From: Candidatus Nanopelagicales bacterium
GTDB lineage: Bacteria; Actinomycetota; Actinomycetes; Nanopelagicales; Nanopelagicaceae
Assembly (NCBI GenBank): GCA_038244965.1
Contig: JBBRSY010000008.1
Span: 17,094 to 41,093 of the forward strand
DNA length: 24,000 bases
Reading direction: 5' to 3'
The notes below the pieces were generated by a model. It had not been told where the DNA came from. It saw only the letters and a list, made by a program, of their open reading frames with translations, and did not search any database. The translations under genes and the position numbers were made by a program. Shown here piece after piece: positions 7,408-17,234 of this stretch; positions within the stretch are counted from its first letter, which is position 1; every line of letters begins with the position of its first letter.

Positions 7408-7452
7408 CGACGAATCAGATTTTACGCGTTGTTGTAAGGGTAACCTTCTTAC

Positions 7453-8160
7453 ATGTCAGAGGGCGTTCATATTGCCGACCTTAAGATAGTCCGCGGCGGA
7501 AAAACAATCATTCCCAACCTCAACATGCAGATTGAGCAAGGGAAAATCTTCGGCCTCCTTGGGCCAAGTGGAAGCGGGAAAACAACGATTCTGCGAAGCA
7601 TCGTGGGGGTCCAAGAAATTCAAGATGGATCAATAACGGTTCTGGGTAGACCAGCGGGTTCTAAAGATTTAAGGAAACGAATTGGCTACTTCACTCAAAG
7701 CGCCAGTATCTACACAGACCTAACGTGTATAGAGAATCTCCGTTTCTTTGCTCAAATTTTGGGTCAATTAGAAATATCTATCGATGAAGTTCTCGAATTA
7801 GTTGACCTCACAAAGAATCGAAAACAACTCGCGGCTTCACTCTCCGGCGGTGAACGAGCTCGATTAGCACTTGCCACTGCGCTCCTGGGAAATCCAGAGC
7901 TCTTAATTCTCGATGAGCCCACCGTCGGATTGGACCCAGTTTTACGCCGTGACTTATGGGTTTTGTTTCACGAGCTTGCGAGTAAAGGCAAGACGCTGTT
8001 AATTAGCAGTCACGTCATGGACGAAGCCGATCGATGTGACTCCCTTATTCTTCTTCGCGATGGACGCGTTCTCGCCAGCGGAACTCCACCGGCACTCAAA
8101 TCCGAAGCAGGTACCGATGATATGGAAACCGTCTTTATCTCCTTGGTGGAAAAAGAATGA
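7453..8160 (+). CDS. ABC transporter ATP-binding protein.
   Basis: Walker A is GPSGSGKTT, the signature is LSGGERARL and Walker B is LLILDEP. The stop overlaps the permease start (ATGA). Confidence 0.9.
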   Translation: MSEGVHIADLKIVRGGKTIIPNLNMQIEQGKIFGLLGPSGSGKTTILRSIVGVQEIQDGSITVLGRPAGSKDLRKRIGYFTQSASIYTDLTCIENLRFFAQILGQLEISIDEVLELVDLTKNRKQLAASLSGGERARLALATALLGNPELLILDEPTVGLDPVLRRDLWVLFHELASKGKTLLISSHVMDEADRCDSLILLRDGRVLASGTPPALKSEAGTDDMETVFISLVEKE

Positions 8161-8885
8161 ATCCCGTACGTATCTGGGCAGTGGCACGCAGAATTCTCTC
8201 TCAACTGCTTCACGACCCGCGCACCATCGCACTAATGATTGTGGCCCCGTGTTTATTGATGACGATCCTAAAATATGTTTATCAGAATCAGACCCCAGTC
8301 TTTCAACATGTTGCCGGCTCACTCCTCGGTATATTCCCTATGTTGGTCATGTTCCTTATTACCAGCGTTGCAACTTTGCGTGAACGCACCTCAGGAACTT
8401 TAGAGAGACTCCTCATTCTCCCTATCACCAAATTCGAATTTATTCTGGGTTACGCATCGGCTTTTGGTATAGCGGCGCTTATTCAGGCCGTCGTCGTCTC
8501 CTCGGTTGCGCTCGGCCCACTTGGACTCACAATTGCCGGTTCCCAATTCATGCTTATCATTGTGGCGATAATCGATGCACTTTTAGGGATGTCCATCGGA
8601 ATATTCGTCAGTTCATTCGCGAAAACCGAATTCCAGGCAGTGCAATTCCTTCCCGCCATACTTTTCCCGCAGTTACTACTCAGTGGGTTACTGGCACCGC
8701 GCGAGAGTATGCCTTCGCTGCTCCGTGTCATTTCAGACTACCTGCCCCTGACATATGCCGTTGACGCAACGCAGAAAGTGATCGCGGGACAAGGTTCCCT
8801 CAGTCATGATTTCTGGCTCTTGGTGCTATTTCTCTTTGCTCTGCTTGGGGCTGGCGCACTCACCCTGAAACGTCAAACTGAATAG
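8157..8885 (+). CDS. ABC-2 type transporter permease.
   Basis: 242 aa with about 6 TM helices. It is translationally coupled to the upstream ATPase. The ABC-2 exporter layout resembles DrrB/NatB. Confidence 0.8.
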   Translation: MNPVRIWAVARRILSQLLHDPRTIALMIVAPCLLMTILKYVYQNQTPVFQHVAGSLLGIFPMLVMFLITSVATLRERTSGTLERLLILPITKFEFILGYASAFGIAALIQAVVVSSVALGPLGLTIAGSQFMLIIVAIIDALLGMSIGIFVSSFAKTEFQAVQFLPAILFPQLLLSGLLAPRESMPSLLRVISDYLPLTYAVDATQKVIAGQGSLSHDFWLLVLFLFALLGAGALTLKRQTE

Positions 8886-9478
8886 TTAGCTTTCCGAGAC
8901 CGCAATCTTGCGAACCACCAAAGGACCAGCCCTGAAGCGAGTGAACCAAGCCCGAGCGCTATCAGCGCAATCCACATACTCCAAGTGGCGCGCGCTTCAA
9001 CTTCTCGAAGGGACTCGGATACAGAGACAAATCCAAAAGTTGGCACGTAGTCAGTGACGGATGCAAAACGTAAATCTTTCGTTGGTTGCCACGTTACTCG
9101 GTATTCTCCCCTCGCTCGGGCTATATCGAGAACTCCGCTTGGAAGTGTGAGTGTCTGGCCACCTAAGTGCTCGCTGCTCCCAATGACCTTCCTGTCCAAT
9201 GCGTACAAGGTGATGAAGGGGCTTTGGGCGATGGAAAGATCTATTTCCTGCGCCTTAAGAATCGTGGACGGTGCAACGCCGGCTTGAAGATCGGCTTTGA
9301 CGGATTGCATCACCTGAATCAGCGGAATTTCTATTCCAGATCGGCTTTCCTGTTGAACAAAAACGTATGAAGTCATGATTGACAGGCCAAAGAGGAACAT
9401 CACAAGAAGCCAAATGTAAATAACTAATGACCGAGAACGCATGTCCTGAAGGTACCCTCGACGAGACTTAGCTGACAA
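8873..9478 (-). CDS. Hypothetical membrane protein with a TM1 - extracytoplasmic domain (about 130 aa) - TM2 layout. It resembles a histidine-kinase sensor module without a kinase.
   Basis: Listed as 201 aa from a TTG at 9478. An ATG at 9442 (MRSRSLVIYIWLLVMFLFGL...) is more plausible. The C-terminal TM is WSMWIALIALGLGSLASGLVLWWF, followed by ARLRSRK. It starts 6 nt after the kdpE stop on the same strand. Confidence 0.6.
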   Translation of the reverse strand: MSAKSRRGYLQDMRSRSLVIYIWLLVMFLFGLSIMTSYVFVQQESRSGIEIPLIQVMQSVKADLQAGVAPSTILKAQEIDLSIAQSPFITLYALDRKVIGSSEHLGGQTLTLPSGVLDIARARGEYRVTWQPTKDLRFASVTDYVPTFGFVSVSESLREVEARATWSMWIALIALGLGSLASGLVLWWFARLRSRKANYSV

Positions 9479-9484
9479 CGTCTG

Positions 9485-10168
9485 CTAAGAGCGAAATCGA
9501 TATCCCATCCCGATTTCAGTAAGAAAGTGCTCTGGCGCTGCCGGATTCGGCTCCAATTTTTGCCTGAGTTGAGAGATGTACAAACGCAAATAGCCTTGCT
9601 CCCTTTCGAAACCTTTGCCGCCAATTCCCGCGAGCAACTGCTTCTTTGTAACAAGCTTGCCTTCATTCTGAACAAGAATTTCCAAAATATGCCACTCAGT
9701 AGGCGTTAGGCGCATTGTGGCCTTTTCAACACCTTGTGTTGAAACGACCTTACGAGCTATATCTACGGTCCAGCGCCCAATTTGTACTGTTGGAATATCC
9801 AGTGGACTATCCACACGACGCGTGACGGCGCGGATTCGAGCAAAGAATTCTTCAATGTTGAACGGCTTGGTCACGTAATCATCTGCGCCCCGGTTAAGGG
9901 CCTCCACTTTATGCACGGAGTCCGAACGACCCGAAAGGACAATTATTGGGACTTTGCTCCACCGTCTTATTGCTTCGATCACATCAACTCCCCTCATGTC
10001 AGGAAGCCCCAAGTCAACAACTACTACATCGGGATTCTTTGTCGCAGCCATCTCAAGACCTTCGGCACCAGTTGATGCCGCGACCATCGAAAAACCCCGG
10101 GCTTGCATGTTAATACCCAGGGCTCGAATAATTTGAGGCTCATCGTCAACTACCAAAATCTTTAGCAC
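9485..10168 (-). CDS. kdpE: OmpR-family response regulator KdpE.
   Basis: 227 aa with a GTG start. The receiver domain carries VVVVDLGLPDMRG and the winged-helix C-terminus ends GMGYRF. Its GTG start shares one base (10168) with the kdpD stop codon, and it lies in the kdp locus. Confidence 0.9.
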   Translation of the reverse strand: MLKILVVDDEPQIIRALGINMQARGFSMVAASTGAEGLEMAATKNPDVVVVDLGLPDMRGVDVIEAIRRWSKVPIIVLSGRSDSVHKVEALNRGADDYVTKPFNIEEFFARIRAVTRRVDSPLDIPTVQIGRWTVDIARKVVSTQGVEKATMRLTPTEWHILEILVQNEGKLVTKKQLLAGIGGKGFEREQGYLRLYISQLRQKLEPNPAAPEHFLTEIGMGYRFRS

Positions 10169-12711
10169 TATTGCTCGTCGCCATTCACATCCAATTTCTT
10201 CGCCACGGGAATATCTACCACCGCAGTAAGGCCCCCACCTGGAGTTTCCTCCAACGTGAGAGTGCCTCCAACAGCTTCGACCAACCCCTTGGATAGCGCC
10301 ATGCCTAGACCTACACCTTCCTTGTTGTTCACGTCGCCCAGGCGTCTAAATGGCGTGAATATCTTAGTTGCATCCGATAGATCGATACCCTTACCGAAAT
10401 CAATCACTCGTACTTGAACGTTTTCTCCGTGCCCTGAAAAAGTTATTGAAGGCTTTCTTTCCGACGATCCGTGAGTCATCGCGTTTGTGACCAGATTTGC
10501 CAATACGCGCTCCAGTAATCCAGGATCGGTTCGGACCTCAGGAAGTTCCGGTGCATATGAAATATTTATCTCCGATGACGTGACAGGAATCGAGTTGAGC
10601 ACTTGCGGGAGCAAATCCTGAAAGGACACGCGGTCATAATGCACCGCTATCGCACCGGCCTGAAGGCGACTCATATCGAGCAAATTGTCTATCAATTTGT
10701 TTAGCCTCTCAAGAGAATTCTCCGCAGTTTCAAGTAGCCCTCTTCGTTGGACGTCAGACCAATTGACCGATTCATTGCGCAAACTCGAAACCGAGGCGAG
10801 GGCAGATGCAAGGGGGCCACGTAGATCATGACTTACGGCAGAGAGCAACGCACTTCGCATGCGATCAGCCTCCGCCAATTCAGTCACGTGACTTGCTTGG
10901 TCACTTAAGAGTTCTCTCTCCCACATCAACTCCAGTTGTGCAGAAAGTGCTTCCAGCACGCGCGAGTCTTGAGGTTGTAGCAACCGTCCGCTGCCCACGA
11001 GAGTGAGCGAGTCATTGATCCCCCATTCGAAGTGGGTACTATCTGGAATTTCGCTCTCTGGTGGATTCGTGATCGAGTCTCTAATTCCTATTGCTTCAAC
11101 TTCTCCTTGACTAGGTTTGTAAACAAGGGACAAGGATGAAAATGAGAGAACCTTTCGGGCGTTTTCTATAAGCCCAGCGATGCCTGAATCCCCGCGCAAC
11201 ACTCTCCCCGCGAGAGCAGAAAGCACAGATGATTCCTTTGAAGCTTCCAGTGCTTGACGTGTCCTTGTCGCCGAACGTTCGACCAACGTCGATATGATTA
11301 CAGCATCAACTAGGAAAACTACAAGTGCAATTACATTATTCTTTTCGGCAATTGTAAACGTATGAATAGGCGGAATAAAGTAGAAGTTGAGCAAGGCAGT
11401 AGAGACCACGGCCGCTATCGACGACGGGACAAACCCACCCAACATCGCTATAAAGGTGTTCGCCATCAAGAAAATGAGCCCATCGCTGAATGGATTTAGA
11501 CCGTTTCGGAAAAGCGATAGCACGAACGTTAGCAGTGGTAGGAGCGCGACCAGAAGCAAGATCGCTTGCCGTCTTCGCTTTTTGCTTAATCCTCTAGAGG
11601 CCATTAATCGGCGGGCTTTTATTTGCGATGCGCTTTCATGTGTCACCATGTGAACGTCAATTTCTTCGGAGAGTCGAGTGACTTTGGAGGCGATCGATTC
11701 ACCTTGCAGTAGGCGCTTCCAACGTCCCTTGCTCGTCACACCCAGGACTACCTGCGTGGCATTAACGCTTCGAGCAAAATCAAGAATGGCCTCTGGAATA
11801 TTCTCAGAGGCGATCTGGTGGAAACTTCCTCGCATGGACTCAGTGAGCGTTTCAAATTGAGTCAGTTTTGCCACGTCGGCAGTGCTTACACCGTCGTTAT
11901 TCAAGATATGTACGGCAAAAAGTTTCGCGCCAGGAGTTCTAGAAGCAATCCTGGATGCACGTTTGATAATGGTTTCGCCTTCGCGCGAATCATTCACTGC
12001 GACAACAATCCGTTCTTGTGCTTCCCAAATATCTTGTATGCCTTCAGATTTTCTGTACTCCTGAAGTCCCTCTTCAACTTTGTCAGCTACCCACAAAAGG
12101 GCTAGTTCACGCAATGCAGATAGATTGCCTTTTCTAAAGTAATTCGAAAGTGCAGCATCGATTTTTTCGGCAGCATAGATATTGCCGTGGACCATACGAC
12201 GCTGGAGCGCCTCTGGCGATATGTCCACAATTTCAACTTGGTTGGCTTGGCGCAAAAAGGAATCTGGAACCGTCTCTCGCTGTTCGATGCCAGTAATTCT
12301 CTGCACTACGTCATTGAGAGACTCTAAATGCTGGATATTGACAGTGGAGATCACATCTACACCGGCATCAAGAAGTGAGTCAATGTCCTGCCAACGCTTC
12401 TCATGTATAGATCCAGGAATATTTGTGTGGGCTAACTCGTCGATGAGGGCGACCTCGGGTTTGAGTCGGAGAACCTCTTCAAGATCCATCTCAAGAAATT
12501 CGGCACCTTGGTAAGCCAACTTCTTGGGAGGCACGACAATAAGGCCCGTTAATTTTTCTTCCGTGTGCGCGCGACCGTGCGTTTCCACTACACCCGCTAG
12601 AACATATGCTCCTCTTGCCTGGCGCCGCCGACCTTCGTCCAGCATCGCGAAGGTTTTGCCCACCCCAGGAGCCATTCCGAGATAAACACGGAGGCTTCCC
12701 CTAGTACTCAT
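10168..12711 (-). CDS. kdpD: Sensor histidine kinase KdpD.
   Basis: 847 aa. It has the N-terminal KdpD domain with P-loop GMAPGVGKT, a USP-like region, a 4-TM block, H-box SAVSHDLRGPL, N-box LANLVTNAMTHG, and G-boxes DFGKGI and GVGLGMALSKG. Confidence 0.95.
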   Translation of the reverse strand: MSTRGSLRVYLGMAPGVGKTFAMLDEGRRRQARGAYVLAGVVETHGRAHTEEKLTGLIVVPPKKLAYQGAEFLEMDLEEVLRLKPEVALIDELAHTNIPGSIHEKRWQDIDSLLDAGVDVISTVNIQHLESLNDVVQRITGIEQRETVPDSFLRQANQVEIVDISPEALQRRMVHGNIYAAEKIDAALSNYFRKGNLSALRELALLWVADKVEEGLQEYRKSEGIQDIWEAQERIVVAVNDSREGETIIKRASRIASRTPGAKLFAVHILNNDGVSTADVAKLTQFETLTESMRGSFHQIASENIPEAILDFARSVNATQVVLGVTSKGRWKRLLQGESIASKVTRLSEEIDVHMVTHESASQIKARRLMASRGLSKKRRRQAILLLVALLPLLTFVLSLFRNGLNPFSDGLIFLMANTFIAMLGGFVPSSIAAVVSTALLNFYFIPPIHTFTIAEKNNVIALVVFLVDAVIISTLVERSATRTRQALEASKESSVLSALAGRVLRGDSGIAGLIENARKVLSFSSLSLVYKPSQGEVEAIGIRDSITNPPESEIPDSTHFEWGINDSLTLVGSGRLLQPQDSRVLEALSAQLELMWERELLSDQASHVTELAEADRMRSALLSAVSHDLRGPLASALASVSSLRNESVNWSDVQRRGLLETAENSLERLNKLIDNLLDMSRLQAGAIAVHYDRVSFQDLLPQVLNSIPVTSSEINISYAPELPEVRTDPGLLERVLANLVTNAMTHGSSERKPSITFSGHGENVQVRVIDFGKGIDLSDATKIFTPFRRLGDVNNKEGVGLGMALSKGLVEAVGGTLTLEETPGGGLTAVVDIPVAKKLDVNGDEQ

Positions 12712-12741
12712 TGCGTCCTCTCGAAATGGAAAGAATCTCTC

Positions 12742-13320
12742 CTACTTTAACGAGGAAAGTGCGATATTTAGTTCCAGAACATTCACTCGCGGCTCACCCA
12801 TAAAACCGAATAGGCGTGACCGAATATGACCTTTAATGAGTGCGTTTAGAGCGGTTATCGAGAGATTCCTGTTACTCGCCACGCGTGACGCCTGTAGGAA
12901 AGCGTAGGCCGGCGAAATATCTGGATCCAAACCAGATGCACTCGCTGTTAAGGCATCGGCGGGCACTTGAGATGGTTGTACGCCTTCATCTTTTACCACA
13001 GCTGTCCGCCGAGCGGCCACGGCCTCCAGGAGTACTGGCTCATTTGGCCCTGCATTTGAGGCTCCTGAACTCAGGGCGTCATAACCATCTGCACCAGCCC
13101 CGCTGGGTCGAGAGTGGAACCACGAGGCTCCAGGAAAGTTTTGACCCAAGAGGGTCGAACCGACCACTCGTCCGTTTGATGTCACGAATGAGCCGTGCGC
13201 CTGATGCTTCAAGACCACTTGGCCTACGCCAAGAATCGCTACTGGATAGAGAACCCCCACTGTCAAAGTAAGCGCCAGAAGAAACCGAAGCGCCGTGAGA
13301 AGTTGCCGAAAAATACCCAT
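12742..13320 (-). CDS. kdpC: K+-transporting ATPase subunit C.
   Basis: 192 aa with an N-terminal TM. Motifs SGASNAGP and ASASGLDPDISPAYA are typical of KdpC. It lies 2 nt after kdpB. Confidence 0.9.
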   Translation of the reverse strand: MGIFRQLLTALRFLLALTLTVGVLYPVAILGVGQVVLKHQAHGSFVTSNGRVVGSTLLGQNFPGASWFHSRPSGAGADGYDALSSGASNAGPNEPVLLEAVAARRTAVVKDEGVQPSQVPADALTASASGLDPDISPAYAFLQASRVASNRNLSITALNALIKGHIRSRLFGFMGEPRVNVLELNIALSSLK

Positions 13321-13322
13321 CT

Positions 13323-15410
13323 TTACCCCAATCCTGGAATCAATTGAACAAGCAGATCAATGGCCTTGATGCCAATAAACGGGGCGATAAGTCCGCCAAC
13401 CCCATAGATCGCGATATTTCTCGTCAGCATCGCCGAAGCGGAAGCTGGGCGATAGGAAACGCCCCGCAAGGCCAAAGGACCAAGGGCAATTATTATCAAG
13501 GCATTGAAAATAATGGCAGAAAGTATTGCTGAATGAGGACTTGATAGATGCATGATGTTCAGCTTCCCCAACCCGGGAAAGGCCGGGGCAAACATTGCTG
13601 GCAAGATTGCGAAATACTTAGCCACGTCATTGGCAATGGAGAATGTTGTCAATGCACCGCGCGTTATTAAGAGTTGTTTGCCGATCTGAACTATTTCGAT
13701 AAGTTTCGTTGGATCAGAATCCAAATCCACCATGTTGCCGGCCTCCTTCGCAGCCGAAGTCCCAGAATTCATCGCAACACCAACATCAGATTGAGCCAAA
13801 GCCGGGGCGTCGTTGGTTCCGTCACCAGCCATTGCAACCAATCGACCACCCTCTTGCTCTCTTTTGATCAATGCCATCTTGTCTTCGGGAGTGGCTTCGG
13901 CCAAAAAATCATCCACACCTGCTTCACGGGCAATGAATTCCGCAGTTATGGCATTGTCTCCTGTGATCATCACCGTCCGAATACCCATTCGGCGCAATTC
14001 CTCAAATCTCTGCTTCATTCCTGGCTTTACGACGTCTTTTAAGTGCACCACCCCAAGAACCTGGTACTGCGACGCGGTTTTTGCCGCGACAACCAAGGGG
14101 GTTCCACCTGATTTGGAGATTTGATCGACGGTGGGTTGAAGATCAGCAGGAGTGCTCCCAGATCCTTCATGTATCCAGGCAACAACAGAGGATGTTGCCC
14201 CCTTTCGGAATTGCTGTTGCTCACCATGACTGGTGAGGTCACATCCGCTCATTCTTGTCTGGGCAGTAAAAGGAATAAAGGAAGCATCCTTGGCATCGGG
14301 TAGAACATCGCCCGAGTCGAAACCAGAAATCTTTGCCAAATCGACTATGGATTTACCTTCGGGTGTCTCGTCAGCAAAACTGGCCAAGTATGCAGCTTTG
14401 ACTAAGTCTGCGTACTGAGCCCCTCCGACAGGGAGTAACTCCACTGCTTGCCGATTTCCAAAGGTGATAGTTCCTGTCTTGTCCAGAAGCAGGGTGTTGA
14501 CATCGCCTGCGGCCTCAACTGCTCGTCCAGACATGGCTAAGACATTTCTCTGTACAAGCCGGTCCATACCAGCAATACCAATTGCGGATAGCAACGCGCC
14601 AATAGTGGTCGGGATGAGGCACACGATAAGGGATACCAAGACAATAATCGTCTGCTTTGCGTGACTAAAGATCGCCATTGGTTGCAGAGTGACAACCGCC
14701 AGAAGAAAGACAATCGTCAAACTAGCAAGAAGAATGTTCAAGGCTATTTCATTCGGAGTTTTTTGACGTGAGGCACCTTCAACTAATGCAATCATGCGAT
14801 CAATAAACGTCTCGCCAGCGCGCGCAGTAATCCGAACAACAATTCGGTCCGAAAGTACCCTCGTCCCGCCTGTTACCGAAGACCGGTCGCCTCCTGCTTC
14901 GCGAATGACCGGGGCAGATTCACCTGTAATGGCCGATTCATCGACGCTTGCAATACCCTCTATGATTTCTCCATCACTGGGAATGACATCTCCACTTTCG
15001 CAAACGACCAGATCGCCGATGGTGAGAATTGCGCTTGGCACCGACTCCTCCGCACCATCAGCGCCCAACTTTCTTGCGAGGGTTTGGGTCCGAGCCCTTT
15101 TGAGACTGTCAGCCTGAGCCTTCCCTCTGCCTTCAGCTATCGCTTCGGCCAAATTCGCAAATAGCACCGTTCCCCATAGCCAAACAACAATCCACCAAGC
15201 AAAGACATTGGATTGCATGATGGCAAGCACTGTTGTTAGTGCGGCACCAACTTCCACCACGAACATAACGGGGTTTTTGGCGAGAGTTAGCGGATTGAGT
15301 TTCCTCAGAGCGGAGGGCATCTCCGTGTAGAGCATTCGAGGATCGAGAACCCCTCCTTTTCTCTTTTGGGCGTGGTGAGAGACTGGGATAGGGATGATTG
15401 TTTGGCTCAT
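13323..15410 (-). CDS. kdpB: K+-transporting P-type ATPase subunit B.
   Basis: 695 aa. It has the DKTGTIT phosphorylation motif, [16 protein letters not shown] and TGES. An ATGA overlap links it to kdpA. Confidence 0.95.
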   Translation of the reverse strand: MSQTIIPIPVSHHAQKRKGGVLDPRMLYTEMPSALRKLNPLTLAKNPVMFVVEVGAALTTVLAIMQSNVFAWWIVVWLWGTVLFANLAEAIAEGRGKAQADSLKRARTQTLARKLGADGAEESVPSAILTIGDLVVCESGDVIPSDGEIIEGIASVDESAITGESAPVIREAGGDRSSVTGGTRVLSDRIVVRITARAGETFIDRMIALVEGASRQKTPNEIALNILLASLTIVFLLAVVTLQPMAIFSHAKQTIIVLVSLIVCLIPTTIGALLSAIGIAGMDRLVQRNVLAMSGRAVEAAGDVNTLLLDKTGTITFGNRQAVELLPVGGAQYADLVKAAYLASFADETPEGKSIVDLAKISGFDSGDVLPDAKDASFIPFTAQTRMSGCDLTSHGEQQQFRKGATSSVVAWIHEGSGSTPADLQPTVDQISKSGGTPLVVAAKTASQYQVLGVVHLKDVVKPGMKQRFEELRRMGIRTVMITGDNAITAEFIAREAGVDDFLAEATPEDKMALIKREQEGGRLVAMAGDGTNDAPALAQSDVGVAMNSGTSAAKEAGNMVDLDSDPTKLIEIVQIGKQLLITRGALTTFSIANDVAKYFAILPAMFAPAFPGLGKLNIMHLSSPHSAILSAIIFNALIIIALGPLALRGVSYRPASASAMLTRNIAIYGVGGLIAPFIGIKAIDLLVQLIPGLG

Positions 15411-17068
15411 AGAATTCCCTCCGCAAGTGGTCCTAGCGCAAGTGCTGGTAGATATGTCAGAGCGACCACAATGATCGCCACAGAAATTAGAAGTCCAACG
15501 AAGAGCGGACCCGTTGTCTTCAGTGTTCCGCTAGTGGATGGCGTGTGTCCTTGTTTTGCCAGCGAACCCGCCAATCCCAAGACAAGGAGTATTGGAATAA
15601 ATCGTCCAAGGAGCATCGCCACACCAAGGGCAATATTCAAAAAGGATGTGTTGCCGCTAAATCCAGCGAATGCACTTCCATTGTTGTTACCGGCCGAGGT
15701 GAACGCATAGAGGATTTCACTGAGACCATGAGGGCCAGAGGCCGCTATAGATTTGCGTGCGCCCCCATTTGAAAGAGCAATTGCCGTTCCCATCAACACT
15801 ACTGCCGGAGTTGTGAGGATGTACAACGAGGCGAACTTCATCTCTCTAGGTGCAATCTTCTTCCCCAGATATTCTGGGGTTCGACCCACCATGAGACCGC
15901 AGAGGAAGACCGTGAGGATGGCGATTATCAACATCCCGTAGAGGCCAGATCCAACACCTCCAGGCGTAACTTCGCCAAGCATCATATTAAAGAGCAAGAA
16001 ACCACCGGCTAGAGGTGTGAAAGATTCGTGGGCGGCATCTATTGCGCCTGTCGATGTGCTCGTTGTGGCAGTCGCAAATAGAGCCGATTGCCCGACACCG
16101 AACCGAGTTTCCTTGCCTTCCATCGCGGCACCTACTGCATTGAGGGCGCTTCCCGAGTGGTGAATTTCAAAGGCGGTTGTCGCGACTAGTGATCCGAGAA
16201 ATATTACGACCATAGCTGCAACGATGGCGTGTCCCTGTTTCTTGCTTCCTACCAATTTCCCAAGAGTCCTAGGCAGGGAAAACGGTATTACGAGAAGCAA
16301 GAAGATTTCTAGGAAATTGGTAAAAGGATTGGGATTCTCAAAAGGATGAGCAGAGTTCGCATTGAAGATACCCCCACCATTAGTGCCCAACTCCTTTATT
16401 GCTTCCTGGCTAGCTACCGGTCCTCCGGGAATATTCTGAATTCCTCCCGCAAGCGTATGCACTACATGAGTGGGATTGAAATTTTGAATAACGCCGTTCG
16501 CCAGGAGGATCACCGCCACGACTACCGAAAATGGAAGAAGGATTCGGAACGTTGCGCGGCTGAAATCAACCCAGAAATTTCCTAAGCGGTCTTGCTGACG
16601 TGAGATGAAACCCCGAATTAACGCAATTACGACAACTAGCCCGACGGCTGCCGAAGCAAAATTCTGTACAGCCAGTCCAGCCATCTGGGCAAGGAATCCC
16701 ATCGTGGATTCGCCGGAGTAATTCTGCCAATTGGTGTTTGTAATGAACGACACGGCAGTGTTCCATGACAGGGCGGGAGGCACATTCTTCATGCCCATTG
16801 CCAGTGGTAACCAATGTTGAATTCGTAGCAGAATATAGAGAAAGAGAATAGATACAGCGGAGAAACTCAAGAGCGATGTCGCATAGGTCTTCCAGGATTG
16901 TTGAGTCTCCGGGTTAACGCCGACTATCCTGTAAAAAAATCGTTCGGGACGGCGGTGAGATTTGCTCGTGAACACGCGAGCCATGTAGTTCCCGAGTGGG
17001 ACATGCGCAGCAGCCAACGTCGCGCTGACCGCAATATCTGTAAGTGCAGCGGCAGTGGCCGTGTTCAT
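15407..17068 (-). CDS. kdpA: K+-transporting ATPase subunit A.
   Basis: 553 aa polytopic membrane protein. It has KdpA-type motifs ([28 protein letters not shown]-like, [12 protein letters not shown]). Its position in the operon fits. Confidence 0.95.
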   Translation of the reverse strand: MNTATAAALTDIAVSATLAAAHVPLGNYMARVFTSKSHRRPERFFYRIVGVNPETQQSWKTYATSLLSFSAVSILFLYILLRIQHWLPLAMGMKNVPPALSWNTAVSFITNTNWQNYSGESTMGFLAQMAGLAVQNFASAAVGLVVVIALIRGFISRQQDRLGNFWVDFSRATFRILLPFSVVVAVILLANGVIQNFNPTHVVHTLAGGIQNIPGGPVASQEAIKELGTNGGGIFNANSAHPFENPNPFTNFLEIFLLLVIPFSLPRTLGKLVGSKKQGHAIVAAMVVIFLGSLVATTAFEIHHSGSALNAVGAAMEGKETRFGVGQSALFATATTSTSTGAIDAAHESFTPLAGGFLLFNMMLGEVTPGGVGSGLYGMLIIAILTVFLCGLMVGRTPEYLGKKIAPREMKFASLYILTTPAVVLMGTAIALSNGGARKSIAASGPHGLSEILYAFTSAGNNNGSAFAGFSGNTSFLNIALGVAMLLGRFIPILLVLGLAGSLAKQGHTPSTSGTLKTTGPLFVGLLISVAIIVVALTYLPALALGPLAEGIL

Positions 17069-17154
17069 TAGAAGCGCTCCGGAAACAGGAGTGAAACAAT
17101 CAAATACCCCACAAGAAGAATTGAAATAACAAGACCCACCAGGCTGCTACTCAT
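17068..17154 (-). CDS. kdpF: K+-transporting ATPase subunit F.
   Basis: The listed 62-aa ORF is trimmed to the internal ATG at 17154, giving [28 protein letters not shown] (28 aa). This has the typical KdpF length and the FPE(R/K)F C-terminus. Its stop overlaps the kdpA ATG. Confidence 0.85.
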   Translation of the reverse strand: MSSSLVGLVISILLVGYLIVSLLFPERF

Positions 17155-17234
17155 AGTTTTGCCAGGCCCTTCAACAAGAATCCCAGCGCCATAAAAAGCA
17201 CACCCGTGATTAGGACCAACAAGAAATCGGCCAT
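17151..17234 (-). CDS. Unlisted 27-aa hydrophobic micro-ORF translationally coupled to kdpF.
   Basis: Hand-translated as [27 protein letters not shown], a single predicted TM helix. A strong GGAGGAG Shine-Dalgarno ends 2 nt before the ATG at 17234. Its TGA overlaps the kdpF ATG (ATGA), and kdpF has no Shine-Dalgarno of its own. Confidence 0.5.
   Translation of the reverse strand: MADFLLVLITGVLFMALGFLLKGLAKL

Noticed and set aside
7408-7452. A shared CsoR-type operator upstream of copC, which would link it to the repressor at the left edge.
   Set aside because: The 45-bp divergent region contains no ATACCC-N4-GGGTAT-like repeat. There is only a weak TTAC...GTAA symmetry.
8036-8383. 115-aa plus-strand ORF spanning the ABC ATPase/permease junction.
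   Set aside because: It is out of frame with two well-supported coupled genes, and its translation is not protein-like.
13344-15117. Multiple 60-120-aa ORFs antisense to kdpB (for example 13674..14042, 13813..14124, 14794..15117). Similar ORFs lie opposite kdpD, kdpA, sqr and hemC.
   Set aside because: They are fully nested opposite strongly supported genes. Their translations are Arg/Ser/Pro-rich. These are typical shadow ORFs.
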